64,000 nt of DNA from the IMG/VR virus record IMGVR_UViG_3300025913_000026, positions 1 to 64,000 of that record; one strand, 5' to 3'. This DNA comes from a virus. The position numbers were made by a program, and so were the translations under genes. Below the pieces are notes generated by a model. The model did no database searches. It saw nothing but the letters and a program-made list of their open reading frames with translations, and was not told the origin of the DNA. The first letter of the stretch is position 1, and each line of letters opens with the position of its first letter. Positions 57,592 to 64,000 of the stretch are shown here, piece by piece.

Positions 57592-57888
57592 TTAATTCTT
57601 TTTAGGTTTAGTCGTATCTTTTTTTTGTTCTGCATTTATTTGCGCTTGCACTTGTCTTGAAATTTCAGCTTGGAGAGGGGTAAGTAAGGAGTCATTGATA
57701 AGGGTTACTGTTTTAGATGGTAGGTCTGAGTTTTTTAGATTATTCTTTGTGAACTCTAATCCGTTTGTAGCCTGTACCCAGAAGTTAATATCTCCTTCTA
57801 CGTGATACATTTTCTTTGCTTGATGAGACTGAAAAGCTAATAGACCGATAAATACTAATACCATTGATGCAAATTGCCAATTTTTCAT
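57592..57888 (-). CDS. secreted or membrane-anchored protein
   Basis: N-terminal hydrophobic signal. Confidence 0.6.
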   Translation of the reverse strand: MKNWQFASMVLVFIGLLAFQSHQAKKMYHVEGDINFWVQATNGLEFTKNNLKNSDLPSKTVTLINDSLLTPLQAEISRQVQAQINAEQKKDTTKPKKN

Positions 57889-58259
57889 GTTGTTGTTTTA
57901 ATTGTATAATTTTTAATTGAAATTATTTTGCCTAATTCTATACAGAAATACCAGTTTTGTGTTAAGAATCCTATCCAATCCTCATTAGCCATTCCATAAT
58001 GAATACCATTACAAACCACATCTATCTCTGGATCTTTCTTAGCATACCCATTCCTAAACCTCACAACATCATACTTCTCAAACGATTGCTTATGCATTAG
58101 AGCCTTTATTAAATCTAATTGACCTAATTGGTGACAACTTTTAACAGTAAGTCTTTTAATCCAATAAGGTTTTACTTCTCTGTACTCTTCTAGCTTTATG
58201 CCAGACGCTATCATTTCAAACGGCTCTCGCTTTAGACTTAAATGCAATATTCTATCCAT
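57885..58259 (-). CDS. ASCH domain protein
   Basis: LHLSLK..FEMIASGIKLEEYRE..YWIKRL..FRNGY. Confidence 0.8.
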   Translation of the reverse strand: MDRILHLSLKREPFEMIASGIKLEEYREVKPYWIKRLTVKSCHQLGQLDLIKALMHKQSFEKYDVVRFRNGYAKKDPEIDVVCNGIHYGMANEDWIGFLTQNWYFCIELGKIISIKNYTIKTTT

Positions 58260-58285
58260 TTGTATTTATCTTTAATAACTGTTAG

Positions 58286-58678
58286 TTAAAAAGGCAAGTC
58301 ATCGTCGCCAGATGTATCAGAGGATACCGGATTAGTGGCTGGACTTCCTGTTTGTTCCTCTCGTTTACCACCCAACAACTCAACTCTCATTACACGCATA
58401 TTCAAAAAGGCTTTTGATTCCCCTTGCTTATCTTTCCAGTTCTTTGCCTCTGGCACTCCTTCAGCCCATATTAACGTCCCCTTTTTAAGATACTGAGCTA
58501 TGTTAGTGTTTTCAACCCACCAGGAACAACTAACCCAGGTTGCCTTTTCGTATTTCTGCCCGCTGGCGTCTTTATATTTATCCGTATGGCATAACGAGAA
58601 ATTAATAACGCTTTCTGTCCCATGTTGCTGAACAACAGCGTCTCGTCCACAGTAGCCTATCATTTGAATTTTCAACAT
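58286..58678 (-). CDS. ssb: single-stranded DNA-binding protein
   Basis: OB-fold pattern, YLKKGT, C-terminal DDDLPF. Confidence 0.92.
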   Translation of the reverse strand: MLKIQMIGYCGRDAVVQQHGTESVINFSLCHTDKYKDASGQKYEKATWVSCSWWVENTNIAQYLKKGTLIWAEGVPEAKNWKDKQGESKAFLNMRVMRVELLGGKREEQTGSPATNPVSSDTSGDDDLPF

Positions 58679-58718
58679 AATTTTTCATTTAAAAAATAAT
58701 CAACTGTATTTAATTAAA

Positions 58719-59657
58719 TTAAAACGGGTTATCATCTTGACAATTACTTTCCTCCGGCTTCCAATACTTCAAGCTTTTGTCTGCCTCAGAGAACATCATT
58801 TTTCTTGGATTAAAATCCAATTCGATATTTAAGTTAGCGGCCCCGTTTCTCCATTTTCTCACAATAAGATTTGCTTTAAATTCCGTGCTATTACCATTTT
58901 CATCTACCTGATATGATTCCCCCATCATCCAATCTCTATGAATAAACATTACAACATCTGCATCTTGTTCAATACTTCCACTTTCACGTAAGTCAGATAA
59001 TTGAGGATACCGGTCAATCCCCTTCCTTCCTGTTACCGCTCTATTCAATTGACACAACACAATAACAGGGATTTCTAAATCCTTTGCCAAAAGTTTACAA
59101 GCTCGACTCAATTGGCTTACTTCGTTCTCACGCGTTCTGTTTCTTGTGTCATTTTCGCTATTCACCAATTGCAAGTAATCAATCATCAAAACATCCAAGC
59201 CATCTGAGTGTTTTAATTTTACAGCTTTAGCCTTAATGCTTGTAGGCGAAACATCTGTCTTGTCGGTTATGTAAATAGGCAATTCTATCAACTCTTGGAT
59301 TCTCCTATACCATTGCGCCTTATGATCTTCATCCCTATATAAATTCCTAAATATGGTTTTGAAGTCATCATCAGACCCCAAAGAAGATAACCTAGCCCCT
59401 ATTTCATTATTATTCATCTCCAATGAAATAATTCCAACTTTTTTCCCAGTCCTGGCTATCGACATGGCCATTTGGCCCATATAAGCCGATTTGCCGACAC
59501 TTGGCCTAGCGCCTATCACAATCATCTGCCCAGGGTAGAAGCCGCCATTTTCGCGATCTAATAGCGAATTACCGGTAGTTATTCCCATGCCGCCAGTTTT
59601 ACTAATCTCTTCCTGATGTACTACGAGATTGTACATCACCTCGCTCATGTCAATCAA
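58719..59657 (-). CDS. dnaB: DnaB helicase, C-terminal ATPase part
   Basis: GARPSVGKS, SLEM, IDYLQL, QLNR, LRESGSIEQDAD. Confidence 0.9.
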   Translation of the reverse strand: MIDMSEVMYNLVVHQEEISKTGGMGITTGNSLLDRENGGFYPGQMIVIGARPSVGKSAYMGQMAMSIARTGKKVGIISLEMNNNEIGARLSSLGSDDDFKTIFRNLYRDEDHKAQWYRRIQELIELPIYITDKTDVSPTSIKAKAVKLKHSDGLDVLMIDYLQLVNSENDTRNRTRENEVSQLSRACKLLAKDLEIPVIVLCQLNRAVTGRKGIDRYPQLSDLRESGSIEQDADVVMFIHRDWMMGESYQVDENGNSTEFKANLIVRKWRNGAANLNIELDFNPRKMMFSEADKSLKYWKPEESNCQDDNPF

Positions 59658-60127
59658 TCTTTAGCATAAGCCCCTTGATTTATCTGCTGGATGGCTCTGT
59701 TTAACTGGCTAATTTGCTCTCCTACCGCCCCCTCTAGCTTAATCCCGCCATGAGTGAGGGTTATTAGCTCTCGCTCCATCCACATCCGTTTTACGATATG
59801 GCAATGATATTCCAAATGAGCAGAAGTGCATACGGAGTTAGTAGTTCGCATTAAGTAATACGGTGTTGCGTATTGCATATCACCATCATTCAAATGAGTT
59901 TTATTCTCTTTATTGAACATATAATCCGCAACTGTAAGTAAATCAATTGGTAATGAAGTTTTATACATTTCAGTCATGGCTTTATAGGTGACCCTGTTTG
60001 ATTCCCTGTAAAAGTTCTTTTCTTCCACAAGGCCGTATGTTCTCCCAAAAGCAGACTTCTCTAACAAGCATATGCCAATGATAGCCGTTTCTAATTCTTC
60101 GTTGTAATGAATATTTGCTTGAAACAT
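59654..60127 (-). CDS. dnaB: DnaB helicase, N-terminal domain (split or frameshifted)
   Basis: ELETAIIG..FY..PIDLLTV..SAHLEYH. Confidence 0.85.
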   Translation of the reverse strand: MFQANIHYNEELETAIIGICLLEKSAFGRTYGLVEEKNFYRESNRVTYKAMTEMYKTSLPIDLLTVADYMFNKENKTHLNDGDMQYATPYYLMRTTNSVCTSAHLEYHCHIVKRMWMERELITLTHGGIKLEGAVGEQISQLNRAIQQINQGAYAKD

Positions 60128-60942
60128 TATAAATCAGGTGTTAAGGTTCTTAATCCATTTGAAGGCGCTCGTGGCTTTTCAGGTAGCTTATAGCCACTTT
60201 TTATTTTTGCCTGTAACCAACCGTTAAACATCCGTTTGTATTTGGATGCAGTAAAATCCCTAATATCTGTTGTTCCGGTCAAAGATGCGTTGTACATGTA
60301 CATCCATTGCTTCAGGTCATCGACTTTGAAATAATTAGCCATGCAAATCTGTTCCCTCCATTTCTGATCTTCCCAAGCCTGCTTTGCGGCAGACAAAACA
60401 ACTTCACTTCCGATTTCAGGATTTTCTACGTTGTTGTTGTTATTCTCTTTCTCTCTTTCTTTCTCTCTTTCTTTCTCTGCTTGATTTTGTTCAGCATTTG
60501 CTTCGGTTTGCTTAACATTTGATTCAGCTTGTTGGTCTGCCGACTTTTCTTGCTTTACAATTGCTCCATTTTTGCCAGCCTCTGAACGTGCTTTGCTGAT
60601 CCTTTTCCGTTTTGTAAGATTCTTTTCTACCCTATTAGAACTCAGGTAATTATCATCTACTTTGGTAAAAAGTTTAAAAGCTATACACTTTAGAAGAATT
60701 GATTTTACTAAGTCTAAATCTTCATTGAGATCGTGCGCTATGGCCGAAAAAGTTAGTTCATCAATTTCCAACGTCCCTCCTTCTTCATGCATCATCTCGA
60801 CCGCGCACCAATAAATACCGTAACCAGCGGATTTAAATTCCCGGACTAATGCTGCTATCTTTTTATCATTCCTGGCATTTAAATCATGGCTGAAAAAAAG
60901 TGCATCTTTAGCCATTTTGCTTTGATTTTGCCAGTTTTTCAA
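60127..60942 (-). CDS. replication initiator (DUF4373/Lin1244-like)
   Basis: FFSHDLNARNDKKI..GYGIYW..E; charged linker; directly upstream of dnaB. Confidence 0.78.
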   Translation of the reverse strand: MKNWQNQSKMAKDALFFSHDLNARNDKKIAALVREFKSAGYGIYWCAVEMMHEEGGTLEIDELTFSAIAHDLNEDLDLVKSILLKCIAFKLFTKVDDNYLSSNRVEKNLTKRKRISKARSEAGKNGAIVKQEKSADQQAESNVKQTEANAEQNQAEKEREKEREKENNNNNVENPEIGSEVVLSAAKQAWEDQKWREQICMANYFKVDDLKQWMYMYNASLTGTTDIRDFTASKYKRMFNGWLQAKIKSGYKLPEKPRAPSNGLRTLTPDL

Positions 60943-61255
60943 GCTGGGTATTTACGATATTGTTTAATGCATCTCGTATTTCCGAATTAAACATACCCAG
61001 CATATGGAGAGTATGGTATATGCTATCCCCATCTTGTTTAATATCCTCTTCCTCTTTGTGGCATTTATAGCAAAGTGTTACGAGTAATGTATCTGGATAG
61101 TCCAAAGGCTTTCTTCCGTTAATATAATGCCGGTGGTGGATATGAAGTGTGTCTTTTTTGTTCCCGCACTTTTGACAAGAAAAGTTATCTCTATTAAGTA
61201 TCTCTAATCGTTTACGTTGCCAAATAGGGTCTTTTAGCATGTCTTGATATGTCAT
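60908..61255 (-). CDS. HNH endonuclease
   Basis: WQRKRLEILNRDNFSCQKC..LHIHH..LVTLCYKCH. Confidence 0.85.
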   Translation of the reverse strand: MTYQDMLKDPIWQRKRLEILNRDNFSCQKCGNKKDTLHIHHRHYINGRKPLDYPDTLLVTLCYKCHKEEEDIKQDGDSIYHTLHMLGMFNSEIRDALNNIVNTQLEKLAKSKQNG

Positions 61256-61268
61256 TGGATGCCAGGAT

Positions 61269-61478
61269 TTAATAGGTTCCAGAAATAGATTTCTCGTTAG
61301 CTATCTTCTTTTTAGCTAAATATTGCTCGTATTCTTCGATTCTGTTGTAGAGAGTTTTTCGATCTATCTGGAGAAGTTCAGCGGCCTTGCGCTTGTTGAA
61401 TTTTGTTTTTTTTAGGGCATCTACAATAATTTCATATTCCGCCAGCAAGGCGGCTTCACTTAGGGGTGTAAGATTCAT
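61269..61478 (-). CDS. Fis-type HTH protein
   Basis: ALKKTKFNKRKAAELLQIDRKTLYNRI. Confidence 0.85.
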   Translation of the reverse strand: MNLTPLSEAALLAEYEIIVDALKKTKFNKRKAAELLQIDRKTLYNRIEEYEQYLAKKKIANEKSISGTY

Positions 61479-61630
61479 ATTTTATAGGAATTGTTTTACG
61501 AATATAGGTGGAATAGAAATTGCAGAAAAATAAATCTTTTGCATATGCGAATATATTTCCACATATTTTGAAGGATTATAGAACATTGGAGTGGTACGAG
61601 TTTTTAAAGGCGCTGGTGGTTTTTCAAAAA

Positions 61631-61945
61631 TTATTTTGTGGTATTATACCATTTTATTGCCATTACTAAGTTATGAAAAGCGGCCTCTTTATTGTCATAG
61701 CAAATTGCCCCAGCAACTAAACCTTTAAGATCGCTATGCCTGAACTGATGCAGTTCTTTCTTGAATTTCAAGTCTCTAAACTTAAACCATGCATCCATTA
61801 GCCAGTTCCAATCTGTATGATATTTCATTGGCGGAAGCGATTCATCTGGACATCCTTTATAATCACTTATATGAGAAAGCTGAAATGATTTACCAACAAA
61901 TTCACCTATGACCCTATTCCCGGATAAACGTTCTTCTTTTGTCAT
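61631..61945 (-). CDS. hypothetical protein
   Basis: KYHTDWNWLM motif. Confidence 0.65.
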   Translation of the reverse strand: MTKEERLSGNRVIGEFVGKSFQLSHISDYKGCPDESLPPMKYHTDWNWLMDAWFKFRDLKFKKELHQFRHSDLKGLVAGAICYDNKEAAFHNLVMAIKWYNTTK

Positions 61946-61954
61946 ATTTAATAA

Positions 61955-62197
61955 TTATTTTTTACGTTTCTTTTTATTCGTCTTTTTATTAAGTGATGCA
62001 ACTATGCCTTGCAGGCCATGTGAAATATACCGTAAAGTCTTCCCGGTACCTACAGTCGTTAAATGCCACCCATTGCCTTCTGGGCATCTATATGGAGTCA
62101 TTTTTATCCTATCATCATCCCATATTCCAATAGCAGAAGTTCTTGCTTGGGTTTTTGTTTCAAAAGAATTTTTATAACAATTGCATTTAGTCTCCAT
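61955..62197 (-). CDS. zinc-binding small protein
   Basis: CYK.SF..A....YRCPEGNGWHLT. Confidence 0.65.
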   Translation of the reverse strand: METKCNCYKNSFETKTQARTSAIGIWDDDRIKMTPYRCPEGNGWHLTTVGTGKTLRYISHGLQGIVASLNKKTNKKKRKK

Positions 62198-62200
62198 TTT

Positions 62201-62425
62201 TCAATAATTAGTTACAGGAGTTTTGTTATTAGGCCAATTAACTTTAATTGGACACCATGCAGGTATTGGAGGCTTTTCATGCCATTCTACAAATGGTTCA
62301 ATTTCTTTTTCAGCTTTCTTGCAAAACCAATCTTCACCTCTATCAAATCCATCTGTACTTGATACTCCGGTTATTTTAAAGAATGGGCATTCTTTACAGG
62401 ATTGTATATCTATTATTATTTTCAT
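62201..62425 (-). CDS. Cys-rich hypothetical protein
   Basis: SCKECPF..C..IPAWCP. Confidence 0.65.
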   Translation of the reverse strand: MKIIIDIQSCKECPFFKITGVSSTDGFDRGEDWFCKKAEKEIEPFVEWHEKPPIPAWCPIKVNWPNNKTPVTNY

Positions 62426-62482
62426 TACTGTAGGTTACTATTATTGGTTTCATAGTGGTTCATTGTTATTATCAAAGACTAT

Positions 62483-62740
62483 TTAATTTTTAAAATAATC
62501 AGGCTTGGGGAAACGATTTGTAAATTCAATAGCCTCATGCTCTGTATATTCAATATTAAAGGCATCGTTCCAGTAATGATGTAAGTTTTCATTAATAGGT
62601 AGCCATGCTATAATGGTAGCACTTGTTTCTCCTTCCCATGAACACCACCAAGGATATTTAGGATTAAATATTAATGGGCGATAATCATCAGTAGAATTGG
62701 TTTTAAACCGGTATCTACGCCATTTAACTTCTTTCATCAT
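62483..62740 (-). CDS. hypothetical protein
   Basis: DDYRP..YPWWCS motif. Confidence 0.65.
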   Translation of the reverse strand: MMKEVKWRRYRFKTNSTDDYRPLIFNPKYPWWCSWEGETSATIIAWLPINENLHHYWNDAFNIEYTEHEAIEFTNRFPKPDYFKN

Positions 62741-62746
62741 AATTAT

Positions 62747-63220
62747 TTATTTGGATAGTAGCCTTTGGTTTACTTCTTCAATGGTGGTCAAATCATTTTC
62801 AAGCAAATGGATTAATATATAGCCCATTGCTTCTGCTAGGTTTTTATGGTCACCCAATTGAACATACGGGCGGCTAAATGTTTGGTGATATTCTACACTC
62901 CATTCGTTTTCTCCACGGTATATTCTTAAATGTGGGTTTTCGTTTTTTTCTGCGTCTCGCAATCGATATGGAAGCATTTCTCCTAATTCTGATACCGTGA
63001 AGGCAGAAAACTCAAAATGAATATTAGCGCCGGATAATATACTTTGTTGCCCATGTGTTATTCTGAATTGCATTTTAGCCTGCTGACAACCGTAGTGATG
63101 TAAATTTGGGTTGGTTGGTGTTTTATCTTGAATATGATAGAATAGACTCTTTTGAATTATACCTAATTTATTTAGGCGCATACCCTGCTCGATAGTAATT
63201 ACCTGATCTTCTAATTTCAT
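62747..63220 (-). CDS. hypothetical protein
   Basis: LEDQV..SAFTVSELGEMLP. Confidence 0.65.
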   Translation of the reverse strand: MKLEDQVITIEQGMRLNKLGIIQKSLFYHIQDKTPTNPNLHHYGCQQAKMQFRITHGQQSILSGANIHFEFSAFTVSELGEMLPYRLRDAEKNENPHLRIYRGENEWSVEYHQTFSRPYVQLGDHKNLAEAMGYILIHLLENDLTTIEEVNQRLLSK

Positions 63221-63257
63221 GGTTTATTTTATTTAGTTAGTGTGGATGCATCTATGG

Positions 63258-63665
63258 CTAATCCTGAAAATATTCCAAATCTATTTGCCAATTGAGTATT
63301 TGACCTTCTTCGTTTACTTTCATGATAATATAATCACCAAACCCGTTTTCTTCTGGGCACATGATTGCCGGGACATAACCTTCTTTTGTTACTACTATTT
63401 CGCCATCCTTGTCTTTTAATTGATACTCGCCTTCATCACATACTTTATAATGAATATCAGCAGTTACTCCTTTTATCCAATTAATTATTATTCCAGAATT
63501 AACATTTATTAAAGGGCACCAATCATTACCGATCCGACAAGGGATTCTATCACCATCGACATCTTCAATGTCATTAACGGTAGCATCCTTCCAATATCTA
63601 ACTTTAGCTTTTACTTTCAAAATCTGAATATCAAATCCCTTTTCTATTTTTAATGTTAATTTCAT
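63258..63665 (-). CDS. hypothetical protein
   Basis: VRYWKDA..HYKVCDEG..GYVP..GDYI. Confidence 0.65.
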   Translation of the reverse strand: MKLTLKIEKGFDIQILKVKAKVRYWKDATVNDIEDVDGDRIPCRIGNDWCPLINVNSGIIINWIKGVTADIHYKVCDEGEYQLKDKDGEIVVTKEGYVPAIMCPEENGFGDYIIMKVNEEGQILNWQIDLEYFQD

Positions 63666-64000
63666 AATAAATCAAGTTGTTTATAAGTTGGGGGAATAAG
63701 TTTACGAGGATAATCTACTATTGCTTCTCCTTTTAATGCCTTTTCTGAGGCTTCTGTTTTTGGGATATAATTAGAAGTCAAAGCCCATTCATAGCCTTGT
63801 CTTCCTGATTTTAATACTTTCTTTGATCCTGGTCGGAAGATTAATCCCATGCGTTCCATTTCACTAAGCCTCTTCCATATTCTAGACTTATCTTCTCCTA
63901 AATAGGCTGAAATATCTTCAAATGTACCCTTTATAAGGACAGATAAGGCAATCATTATATCCCGGTATGCGCCTCTTATTTCGTCAGGATTTAAAGATTT
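63662..64000 (-). CDS. winged-HTH protein, 5' end probably beyond the window
   Basis: Frame stays open to the window edge; GTFEDISAYL..IWKRLSEMERMGLI. Confidence 0.6.
   Translation of the reverse strand, partial: KSLNPDEIRGAYRDIMIALSVLIKGTFEDISAYLGEDKSRIWKRLSEMERMGLIFRPGSKKVLKSGRQGYEWALTSNYIPKTEASEKALKGEAIVDYPRKLIPPTYKQLDLL

Noticed and set aside
60445-60478. CT-rich tandem repeat as iterons or a microsatellite
   Set aside because: Encodes the EKEREKEREKE linker of the initiator; no separate evidence for a DNA-level role.
1-64000. CRISPR array, diversity-generating retroelement, integrase/att site
   Set aside because: No spaced direct repeats, reverse transcriptase, TR/VR pair or recombinase ORF seen by eye; an integrase could lie outside the window.

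Overview
This window holds most or all of a ~64 kb dsDNA phage genome, apparently circularly permuted. The host is probably Bacteroidota: promoters are TAnnTTTG-type, starts lack Shine-Dalgarno sites, and it encodes lipoproteins and Sec signal peptides. The virion module is crAss-like/podoviral: terminase, portal, scaffold, major capsid, three ring/tail proteins, GroES, muzzle protein, ejection proteins and an SGNH-esterase tail fibre. Replication looks temperate-style (initiator, DnaB, SSB, YqaJ exonuclease, RusA), and I see no DNA or RNA polymerase and no integrase. Other modules are a lysis cassette, a five-gene glycosylation cluster, three free-standing endonucleases, an IS4 remnant and a rightward block of small early genes (7.6-13 kb). 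The most striking signal is non-coding. At 10090-10247 there is an RNA that reproduces the 23S rRNA L11-binding/GTPase-associated centre (H43/H44), including the coordinated U1072.(U1092-A1099) base-triple variant, with an extra domain inserted. Other notable items: a boxA-led cluster of structured RNAs ending in a short-arm tRNA-Leu(UAA); interlocked long helices in the lysis region; a 16-bp palindromic motif near late-gene starts; a small gene nested out of frame inside the 1748-aa ejection gene; and a frameshifted Acb2/Tad1-like gene. All calls are from reading the sequence by eye; no database searches were run.
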